Origin: an uncultured virus (IMG/VR IMGVR_UViG_3300031857_000107)
Lineage: Duplodnaviria; Heunggongvirae; Uroviricota; Caudoviricetes
Length of the DNA: 20,000 nucleotides
IMG/VR virus record: IMGVR_UViG_3300031857_000107
Direction: 5' to 3' (one strand)
The notes under the pieces were generated by a model. It did not search any database, was not told where the DNA came from, and saw nothing but the letters and a program-made list of their open reading frames with translations. Of the stretch, positions 13,241 through 20,000 are shown piece after piece. The translations under genes were made by a program, and so were the position numbers. Each line of letters opens with the position of its first letter. The first letter of the stretch is position 1.

Positions 13241-13633
13241 ATGAAATATACTCCAGAAAATATCAGACATCTTGCGCCGAATCAAATCTTTGTTTATGGC
13301 GCGAACGAGGCGTACATTCATGGTGCTGGTGCTGCTAAACTCGCCATGAAATGGGGCGCGAAGTACGGTGCTGCTGGTTTGGTTGGTCAGACGTATGGCA
13401 TTCCAACCAAGGATCGTCAAATTTATACGTTGCCGCTTGACAAGATCCAGCTTCATGTTAATACTTTCCTATCGTTGGCATTTACGCATCCTGAGTATGA
13501 ATTTCTTGTCTCAAAAATCGGCTGCGGACTTGCGGGATATAATCCAAAACAAATTGCGCCACTTTTTTCTACTGTAAAGACTGGTGCATTTGATAATGTA
13601 ATTTTACCAGAAGAGTTTTATAAATATATTTAA
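13241..13633 (+). CDS. Macrodomain-like phage protein (A1S_2505-like)
   Basis: IFVYGAN..HGAGAA...TYGIPT...SKIGCGLAG glycine-rich loops. Confidence 0.78.
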   Translation: MKYTPENIRHLAPNQIFVYGANEAYIHGAGAAKLAMKWGAKYGAAGLVGQTYGIPTKDRQIYTLPLDKIQLHVNTFLSLAFTHPEYEFLVSKIGCGLAGYNPKQIAPLFSTVKTGAFDNVILPEEFYKYI

Positions 13634-13634
13634 T

Positions 13635-13844
13635 ATGAGATATAGAAATAAACAAGACATAGTTTGGGGCGCAATATTTGTTGTTATTATTGGTTTAGTT
13701 ATTTATTCTTGGATCTTTATTAGAACTAAGAATAATACCATAAAAGTAATAGATAACTGCCAATATATTCAGCAATACAATGGTCATGGATGGAATCTGA
13801 CCCATAAAGGCAACTGCACCAACGCTATACATTACAGAAAATGA
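13635..13844 (+). CDS. Small membrane-anchored protein
   Basis: N-terminal TM segment, then IDNCQYI...LTHKGNCTN. Confidence 0.7.
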   Translation: MRYRNKQDIVWGAIFVVIIGLVIYSWIFIRTKNNTIKVIDNCQYIQQYNGHGWNLTHKGNCTNAIHYRK

Positions 13845-14056
13845 ACTTTAAACTATTAATTTTTTTATTGTGTGTCACTTTTTGCTATGCTGCCGCAAAT
13901 TTGGAGCAGATTAAAGTTTATTTAATTGTTTCCAGCAGAGGTGGAGAATACACTATTGAAAAAATATACCTAAAAAAAGAAAACGCGCAAAAATATTGCG
14001 AAATCTTTAAAGACAGTCATAATTATACAATTGAAGAAAGAAATTTAACTGAATAA
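13841..14056 (+). CDS. Hypothetical protein with signal-peptide-like N-terminus
   Basis: ATGA overlap; hydrophobic N-terminus. Confidence 0.65.
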   Translation: MNFKLLIFLLCVTFCYAAANLEQIKVYLIVSSRGGEYTIEKIYLKKENAQKYCEIFKDSHNYTIEERNLTE

Positions 14057-14057
14057 T

Positions 14058-14417
14058 ATGAGTCGCGAATTCATTTATAGAATCAGGAGCATAAAGGAAA
14101 AAAAGTATATCATGACTGGCTCTCTCTACGGTGTAGAGGGAGTCGCTCATTTAACTGGATGCTTCAATCGCGCTGAACATATTATTGAAGAATATACTGG
14201 TCTCAAAGATATCAATTTAAACAAAATCTTTGAAGGAGATATTCTTGACTTTACTGCCAGATACAAACAAAAAGGCAATGTCCCTGTAATTTATTATGGC
14301 GGATCTTTTGGGTGCGTGATTACTGATGATAGTGATTTTAGAGAATTTTGGAATTTAAGTCATATCGTTCAGCAATATTATCCAAAAATAGTTGGCACTA
14401 TTTACGATAATGAGTAA
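14058..14417 (+). CDS. YopX family protein (copy 1)
   Basis: MSREFIYR...EYTGLKD...IFEGDI...IVGTIYD. Confidence 0.85.
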   Translation: MSREFIYRIRSIKEKKYIMTGSLYGVEGVAHLTGCFNRAEHIIEEYTGLKDINLNKIFEGDILDFTARYKQKGNVPVIYYGGSFGCVITDDSDFREFWNLSHIVQQYYPKIVGTIYDNE

Positions 14418-14418
14418 T

Positions 14419-14793
14419 ATGAGAGAACTAAAATTTAGAATCTATTCTTTTGTTTCTAAGTATTTTATTTACTTTGATGTGTACGAAGGAGTGCCTCAAG
14501 GTATCGCTGGCGGCGTAAGTGAGCCGCAAGAATATACAGGACTGAAAGACAAAGATGGCAAAGAAATTTATTGCGGCGACATAGTTGAACTACATACAGC
14601 AGCAAATGATAAAGCCAAAGATGTTAAAGGTAATCATTGTGGATTGTATGAAATATACTGGGATCGTTGCTACAAATTAAAAACTATAAAACCCAATTGG
14701 TTCTTTGTACCAACCTTTGAAGGCCCAGCGGCTGATTATAATATTATGAAAGTTGTCGGCAACATCTTCGAGAACAAGCAACTATTAAATTAA
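14419..14793 (+). CDS. YopX family protein (copy 2)
   Basis: MRELKFR...EYTGLKDKDGKEIYCGDIV...VVGNIFEN; start could also be 14410. Confidence 0.88.
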   Translation: MRELKFRIYSFVSKYFIYFDVYEGVPQGIAGGVSEPQEYTGLKDKDGKEIYCGDIVELHTAANDKAKDVKGNHCGLYEIYWDRCYKLKTIKPNWFFVPTFEGPAADYNIMKVVGNIFENKQLLN

Positions 14794-14794
14794 C

Positions 14795-15178
14795 ATGAAC
14801 AGACCAATTAAGTTTAGAGTGTGGGATAAAAGAGAAAACAAAGGAATGCATACTCAGAATATGTTATATGATGCTCAATTACATCATTTCTGGCAAGACT
14901 TTGTAGATTATCCCGGTTATGAATTGATGCAATATACCGGATTAACTGATAAAAATGGTAAAGAAATTTACGAGGGGGACATCGTTCAATACAATCAAAA
15001 TTCTAGTTATGACAATATGGATTTTATTGCCAAATGGAGTGATGACAAACTTGGGTTTATTTTTCAATCTAATTCTGGAGAACAATTAGTTAATCAAACG
15101 CCACATCTAAATAGATTTAAGCATCTGGAAGTTGTTGGTAATATCTTTGAGAATCCAGAACTATTAAAAACAATATGA
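14795..15178 (+). CDS. YopX family protein (copy 3)
   Basis: MNRPIKFRVWDK...MQYTGLTDKNGKEIYEGDIV...EVVGNIFENPELL. Confidence 0.92.
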   Translation: MNRPIKFRVWDKRENKGMHTQNMLYDAQLHHFWQDFVDYPGYELMQYTGLTDKNGKEIYEGDIVQYNQNSSYDNMDFIAKWSDDKLGFIFQSNSGEQLVNQTPHLNRFKHLEVVGNIFENPELLKTI

Positions 15179-15600
15179 GAGAACTAAAATACCGAGTATA
15201 TATACCAGAGAATGATAAATTTGTATATTTTGGGCTTAATGACTTTGATTATTCTGATAGATATTTAACTAATGACAAATATCCAATCCAGCAATACACT
15301 GGAATGAAAGATAAATACGGCAAACCCATTTACGAAGGCGACGTTATTCGTGGCATATTTGATTTTGGCCCCGCTGGCTTTAAAGAAGAAATACTGCCTG
15401 TAACTTGGCACAATGAAAGAGGTTATCAATGGGATTATTGGAGGTTGATGACTATCGAAGTTCTTGGCAACTTGAATGAGTGGCCTTGTCGTAAACCTAA
15501 AGCTTTTGATCACAATGGTGAGTGTTTAACTTGTGACGCATGGGCCACAGATTGCCCATTTCTTAAATTTTGCCCTTCTCCTAAATTAACATTAAAATGA
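15175..15600 (+). CDS. YopX family protein (copy 4) with Cys/His-rich C-terminal extension
   Basis: MRELKYR...QYTGMKDKYGKPIYEGDVI...EVLGN, then C..DHNGECLTCD..DC. Confidence 0.88.
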   Translation: MRELKYRVYIPENDKFVYFGLNDFDYSDRYLTNDKYPIQQYTGMKDKYGKPIYEGDVIRGIFDFGPAGFKEEILPVTWHNERGYQWDYWRLMTIEVLGNLNEWPCRKPKAFDHNGECLTCDAWATDCPFLKFCPSPKLTLK

Positions 15601-15833
15601 AAATAAACATCATAAAAGACGAAAAGAATTTCAGATTTTTATATATTGAACTCTACTTTCCAATCATAGGCAGAGTCAATAAATTCAATGAATGGACTGA
15701 TCAATATTTTTCTGGATTTAAAATGAGTTTTCCGACAGAAATTTATTATTTAAATGACAAAGAAGATTTTTGGCATTTTGCCTTGACTTTTCTGGGTTTT
15801 GGATTCAGACTGGTGAACCAGCATGGGTATTGA
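15597..15833 (+). CDS. Hypothetical protein
   Basis: ATGA overlap; aromatic-rich. Confidence 0.65.
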   Translation: MKINIIKDEKNFRFLYIELYFPIIGRVNKFNEWTDQYFSGFKMSFPTEIYYLNDKEDFWHFALTFLGFGFRLVNQHGY

Positions 15834-16248
15834 CTCGACAAAAGCTCCAAGAACACACGCAACTTGGAAAAAAGCTTATGATGCTCAAGAGCTTGCGAAG
15901 TTCATGGTCGAGCTTTCTGTGCAACTTGAAGTTGAATTAAATGTTGCTACAGTAAACGAAGCATTTGCAGAAAATAAAGCATATATTCTTGAAAAAGAAT
16001 TAAAACAAGCACAAGATTGTATCAAGCGATTGGAGCAACTCGCTGAAATACGCCTTGCGTATTTGCAATTACTTGAAAAAAATGTCGATATATTAAAGCC
16101 ACGCATTGAACAATTAGAATCTTTTGTTAATAGATTTTTAGATCCTGAAGATTTAGGATATGCTGTTAATAAATGTTTGCGTGATGACGCAAGAGAAGCT
16201 CTTGGAAGGAGCCGAGTAGAATCGCCAAGTAAGGAGAATAAATTATGA
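15823..16248 (+). CDS. Coiled-coil hypothetical protein
   Basis: Heptad-like E/L/K-rich sequence. Confidence 0.7.
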   Translation: MGIDSTKAPRTHATWKKAYDAQELAKFMVELSVQLEVELNVATVNEAFAENKAYILEKELKQAQDCIKRLEQLAEIRLAYLQLLEKNVDILKPRIEQLESFVNRFLDPEDLGYAVNKCLRDDAREALGRSRVESPSKENKL

Positions 16249-16391
16249 AATCAAGAATTATTATTGGATTTTTATTAATGCTTTCGGCAGGACTTCTTTG
16301 GGACTTGACAAAGCTTCATGTTACAGCTTATATTATTGGAAGCATTGGATTTATGTTTTTGACTTTTGGTTTTATGAAGATTAATTTATGA
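16245..16391 (+). CDS. Small 2-TM membrane protein (48 aa, not in ORF track)
   Basis: MKSRIIIGFLLMLSAGLLWDLTKLHVTAYIIGSIGFMFLTFGFMKINL*; ATGA overlaps at both ends. Confidence 0.65.
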   Translation: MKSRIIIGFLLMLSAGLLWDLTKLHVTAYIIGSIGFMFLTFGFMKINL

Positions 16392-17071
16392 GCAAAAAAA
16401 TATACAAAAAAGTAATAGATAAGGTCAACAAAATGACCGAAAAAGAAATTAAAGAATCAATTCTTGCCGCCAACCCTCAATTGGAAAAAGATGTCAATCT
16501 TGTTAAGCTAACAGATGCTCACCTTTCTGTTATTAATGCTGCGCTTGAGTCTTATTATAGGTTAAAGTCTGGTCAGATTAGCATGGCCCTTGATATTGCT
16601 TATGAATATAAATTAACCTACGATCAGAGTCATGCTATTGAAAATATTGTAAAAGTCATTGCTTTGCCAGAACTTGCAAAAAATGGTTGCAGTTATGGTT
16701 TTAATTCGCCGCAAATTGGAGATGGCAAAATTGCTTTTGAGATCAGAAAAACTTTTGAAGAAGTTCTTGCGGTGAAGAGAAACGGTGGCTATTATGGCAA
16801 CACTGTTGATTTTCATGGTCCGCTGAAGGCGAGTGATGAACCATTGCCAGAGGTTGTTAATTTTGTCAATTATATAGATCACAAATTCACCGACAAAGAA
16901 TCAGATATTATAAATGACTATTATCATTTGAAAGATTTTGAAAAGATGTGGCAATACGTTGATTCTATTACTTCTAAATTGCCGAAAGGTGAAAAGCGAG
17001 AAATTGTTCCTAGTTTTAATGGCGTAATCATGAGAATACATAAACCAAGAAAGCCTAGTGATTCAATATGA
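16388..17071 (+). CDS. Hypothetical protein
   Basis: 227-aa ORF. Confidence 0.75.
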   Translation: MSKKIYKKVIDKVNKMTEKEIKESILAANPQLEKDVNLVKLTDAHLSVINAALESYYRLKSGQISMALDIAYEYKLTYDQSHAIENIVKVIALPELAKNGCSYGFNSPQIGDGKIAFEIRKTFEEVLAVKRNGGYYGNTVDFHGPLKASDEPLPEVVNFVNYIDHKFTDKESDIINDYYHLKDFEKMWQYVDSITSKLPKGEKREIVPSFNGVIMRIHKPRKPSDSI

Positions 17072-17220
17072 AATTCTTTATAAGAAATACCATTTTATCT
17101 ATATGTTGGGGCATTATGTCTGCGGCTATGGGATATAGCATAAAAACAGCGCAAGGAGCAGTTGTTTTTGGTTTGGGCATGGTTATTATTTTAATTTTGG
17201 CTGATAGAAATGACGCATGA
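17068..17220 (+). CDS. Small 2-TM membrane protein (50 aa, not in ORF track)
   Basis: MKFFIRNTILSICWGIMSAAMG...VVFGLGMVIILILADRNDA*; ATGA overlaps at both ends. Confidence 0.6.
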   Translation: MKFFIRNTILSICWGIMSAAMGYSIKTAQGAVVFGLGMVIILILADRNDA

Positions 17221-17333
17221 TTCGACAAACAAGAGAACATAGATTTTATGCGTGGCTGCTTAAACATTTGATTTTGCCAAAATGTCTAAGAATGAGGCTA
17301 GTTAAAAAAGTAAGTGACACTGCTCAATATTGA
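17217..17333 (+). CDS. Small basic hypothetical protein (38 aa)
   Basis: MIRQTREHRFYAWLLKHLILPK...; ATGA-coupled start and fills the gap exactly. Confidence 0.45.
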   Translation: MIRQTREHRFYAWLLKHLILPKCLRMRLVKKVSDTAQY

Positions 17334-17335
17334 AT

Positions 17336-17551
17336 ATGAATACAAAATATTTAAGTGTATATCCGCAATGGCATTGTAGAAATGGCGGCGGATTATTTTT
17401 GGGAATCAAACTTCAATTTCCAAAGATCATCTATGATATTGAAGCAATCGACAAACATACTTATGCCTGTTTACGCTTGACATTGGGGCTATTAGTGTTT
17501 AGCATCAATGTAGATATAAAATACAATCGTATTAAAATGTTACCCCAATGA
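17336..17551 (+). CDS. Hypothetical protein, tandem paralog 1
   Basis: MNTKYLSVYPQWHCRNGGGL... Confidence 0.75.
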   Translation: MNTKYLSVYPQWHCRNGGGLFLGIKLQFPKIIYDIEAIDKHTYACLRLTLGLLVFSINVDIKYNRIKMLPQ

Positions 17552-17573
17552 TGACTACAGAACAACAAAATAA

Positions 17574-17879
17574 ATGAATACAAAATATTTAAGTATATAT
17601 CCTGAATGGCATTGTAAAAGAAACGGAGGAGGATTATATTTAGGACTAAGGATGATGTTTCCCCGAAATATTTGGCGCAATGATGCTTTAGGAATTGATG
17701 ACACTTATAAAGCAATTACTTTGCAGTTAGGATTGATATTTTTTACTTTGCGGTTTGATTTTAAATACAATTACAAAGATATTCCTTGGCCTAAGCCATT
17801 AGATCCTCCAACTACTACTGCCGAGGCAGAAGCAAGACAAAAAAAGTTTGAAGATGGTATCAGGCATATTCAAGGTTAA
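17574..17879 (+). CDS. Hypothetical protein, tandem paralog 2
   Basis: MNTKYLSIYPEWHCKRNGGGL... Confidence 0.78.
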   Translation: MNTKYLSIYPEWHCKRNGGGLYLGLRMMFPRNIWRNDALGIDDTYKAITLQLGLIFFTLRFDFKYNYKDIPWPKPLDPPTTTAEAEARQKKFEDGIRHIQG

Positions 17880-17886
17880 TATTTAA

Positions 17887-18066
17887 GTGAAAAATAGTTG
17901 TAAACATAAAATCCGTGTGCAAGTAAGAATTAGAAAGACTGGCATCGAATCTTCTGAGTGGAGATCTACTTGTGTACATATAGGTGCTATAAATATATGC
18001 AAATTGTGCGGCGAAATTAATTATTTTTCAAGTGCCACTACAAACAAAGACAGCAAATATGACTGA
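17887..18066 (+). CDS. Small zinc-finger-like protein (59 aa, not in ORF track)
   Basis: GTG start; CKH...CKLCG. Confidence 0.55.
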   Translation: MKNSCKHKIRVQVRIRKTGIESSEWRSTCVHIGAINICKLCGEINYFSSATTNKDSKYD

Positions 18067-18406
18067 TAACCGCACATATTATTATGACATCTATGGTAAG
18101 ATGGAGCCAGACTATGAAAGTATGGCTGCTTACCTATTGGATGAAAGTATATTGTTTGTTGGTTCAGCAATTGACAAATGTGACAAACAAGAATGTACAG
18201 GGTTGTTTATTAATATAAATGATTACTTTGCTCCCGCTGCTGATTCTGAACCTGTAACATATAGTGAACTGCCAAAGTTGTATGAGATGTATAAAGAAAA
18301 GAAATATGATGGTGTATCTCAATTTGTAGCAGATAAACGAGGTATTCCAAACATTTATTGGAAAGATAAAGGTAGCGCATTTCAGAAAAAACTTGACTTG
18401 TTATAA
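18059..18406 (+). CDS. Hypothetical protein
   Basis: ATG at 18059 (MTDNRTY...); contains ININDYFAPAADSEP. Confidence 0.72.
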   Translation: MTDNRTYYYDIYGKMEPDYESMAAYLLDESILFVGSAIDKCDKQECTGLFININDYFAPAADSEPVTYSELPKLYEMYKEKKYDGVSQFVADKRGIPNIYWKDKGSAFQKKLDLL

Positions 18407-18421
18407 AGTGTGTGGTAAAGT
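18393..18421 (+). promoter_or_regulatory. Sigma70-like promoter, leaderless
   Basis: TTGACT-N17-TAAAGT with TGn extension; ATG 6 nt downstream. Confidence 0.7.
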
Positions 18422-18427
18422 AGAGTT

Positions 18428-18733
18428 ATGACTGCTGATATAAAAAATAAATTTTATAAAGAAATTTACCAAAAACTTGGATCAGGCAGATGTGTTACTA
18501 TTAATGTTTTTATTAATAATAAATGCATAGAATTAAAAGGAGTGTTTGATATAGATGAACTCAAGTATATCACAGAATTATCAGAAAAATATTTAAAAGA
18601 TTTGGAAGACACTAAAGCAGAAAACAAATCTGAAGAAGAATGTAACATTTGCGAAGGAAATAAATATTTTGTGAGCTATGACGGATATTATATTCCGTGT
18701 CGTAGATGTAATCCTGATGATAAAATTCATTAA
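18428..18733 (+). CDS. Hypothetical protein with C-terminal zinc ribbon
   Basis: CNICEG...PCRRC. Confidence 0.7.
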   Translation: MTADIKNKFYKEIYQKLGSGRCVTINVFINNKCIELKGVFDIDELKYITELSEKYLKDLEDTKAENKSEEECNICEGNKYFVSYDGYYIPCRRCNPDDKIH

Positions 18734-18771
18734 AACTGACCTAAATTAAAATGTGTTAAAGTGAAAATAAT

Positions 18772-19227
18772 ATGAGCAACAATATTAAAACCTGCCCAAA
18801 TTGTGACGCATATGAAGTAAAAGGAGAATATCATTCTCTTTTTGGATGCGGTTCTTACTACTCTGATACGCGAAGCGGAACACCTACGATCACAGAGAAG
18901 CGAGAAGGTTATAGATTTCACGAAACATTACAGTGCGCTCATAACAGAATCGCAGTCTTAAATATTAGACTGCGTAAAGTTGAAGAATATGTTAAAAAAC
19001 AAACAGAAGTTCCAGAAGTTCCAAAGAAAACACTAAAAAGTCTTGAGGAACATAATAAACAAGCATATATTAATTTTGCCGCAGTCAATAATCTCAACTC
19101 TGGCTTTGCTTGCCCAAAGTGTGGAGAAGAAATGTTTTATTCTAATCCCAATGCCATGTTAGCAACATATCCTCCTAAACGAAGTGTGAATTGCAATAAG
19201 TGTAATCATACAGATTATGTCTATTAA
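18772..19227 (+). CDS. Zinc-ribbon hypothetical protein
   Basis: N-terminal CPNC; C-terminal CPKCG...CNKC. Confidence 0.72.
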   Translation: MSNNIKTCPNCDAYEVKGEYHSLFGCGSYYSDTRSGTPTITEKREGYRFHETLQCAHNRIAVLNIRLRKVEEYVKKQTEVPEVPKKTLKSLEEHNKQAYINFAAVNNLNSGFACPKCGEEMFYSNPNAMLATYPPKRSVNCNKCNHTDYVY

Positions 19228-19606
19228 TTTCTTTAAGCTAATGAACATACTAAACATATTCAAGAAAAAATCTTTGGAACCCGAAACGCCAAAGATCGAA
19301 ACACTGCTTCCTGAGCAGCACTATGTAAAAATATCATTAGAAGTAGAATATCTATTAGGTAAACAATTGTATATTTACACCACTAATTATACAATAAACG
19401 CAGAAAACGAACAGCTTTTCAATGAAAGTAAAGAAAAGCAAGCTAAGGTATTTAATGAGATCATAAAAGACATTCATGAAAAACTAGATGACAAATCTAG
19501 TGATTATGTTCGTGTCGGCGAATCAATGCTATTAAAGAAAAGCGATTTTGTAAACGCCAGAATAGTATATAATTACAAAAAGACAAATGAACATCCACGT
19601 TCCTGA
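19217..19606 (+). CDS. Hypothetical protein
   Basis: 129-aa ORF; start may be the internal ATG at 19241. Confidence 0.68.
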   Translation: MSINFFKLMNILNIFKKKSLEPETPKIETLLPEQHYVKISLEVEYLLGKQLYIYTTNYTINAENEQLFNESKEKQAKVFNEIIKDIHEKLDDKSSDYVRVGESMLLKKSDFVNARIVYNYKKTNEHPRS

Positions 19607-19784
19607 AGAAATAAAAAAGAAATATCCTCAATATGAGTTTCGTGGCAAACAGCGCGAAATTAATAATAGAATAGTAATTGAAGCATACAATCCTGTCACT
19701 GAGCAGACTTTTTATTATTCTTTTGAGGAAGACTTTTTTTGGATGGCTGGGCAGATTCCAGACTATAAGCTGCAAAAGCCTTGA
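19587..19784 (+). CDS. Hypothetical protein
   Basis: 65-aa ORF. Confidence 0.68.
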   Translation: MNIHVPEEIKKKYPQYEFRGKQREINNRIVIEAYNPVTEQTFYYSFEEDFFWMAGQIPDYKLQKP

Positions 19785-20000
19785 AAAATAAGCTCGCAAC
19801 CCTGCAAGATCGCCTTGACAACGCCCTGAAAGACGATCATACTGCTCTCCGACAGTTGGAAAAGACTTTGCCGCTGTCTGAAGCTGCTAAAAAAATATTA
19901 AATACTTCCTACATGAGAGCTTACCTTGAGTTCAGTTTTATTGATCAGGAAATTGATCATCTCGACAAAATTGGTTTCGGTGCAAAGATTCTTGACGCTT
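19781..20000 (+). CDS. Hypothetical protein, 3'-truncated by the window edge
   Basis: TTGA overlap start; frame open to the end (MKNKLATLQDRLDNALKDDH...GAKILDA). Confidence 0.6.
   Translation, partial: MKNKLATLQDRLDNALKDDHTALRQLEKTLPLSEAAKKILNTSYMRAYLEFSFIDQEIDHLDKIGFGAKILDA

Noticed and set aside
14058..15600. Diversity-generating retroelement behind YopX variation
   Set aside because: No reverse transcriptase in the window and no near-identical TR/VR pair differing at adenines.
2165..19799. Other short minus-strand or alternate-frame ORFs (e.g. 2165, 4072, 11210, 11838, 11888, 13232, 13368, 15265, 15885, 16613, 17055, 17461, 18466, 18730, 19497)
   Set aside because: These are shadow ORFs overlapping coupled + strand genes, with no recognisable motifs.

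Overview
AT-rich, gene-dense segment of a large tailed-phage genome (inferred from gene content), standard genetic code, almost all genes on the + strand with abutting or overlapping stops and starts and little Shine-Dalgarno signal. 1-8660: nucleotide and DNA metabolism plus accessory genes (metallophosphoesterase, SNase-like nuclease, ThyX, receiver-like domain, cupin, Zn deaminase, SET domain, AT-hook protein plus RuvB). 8679-10314: a non-coding island of 8 tRNAs (Thr-UGU, Lys-UUU, CAU likely Ile2, Ile-UAU, Glu-UUC, Leu-UAA with short variable loop, Arg-UCU, Asn-GUU). The most notable signal is here. The tRNA spacers are tiled with about 7 discrete structured-RNA candidates (three- and four-way junctions, kissing-loop/pseudoknot complementarities, palindromic loops) and punctuated by six boxA-like GTTCTTT motifs, and the two CCA-less tRNAs sit on extended acceptor helices. 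10320-11213: a lone minus-strand trypsin-like protease. 11283-20000: small early-type hypothetical genes, including four tandem YopX paralogs and other local duplications. All structures were paired by eye and no database searches were run.
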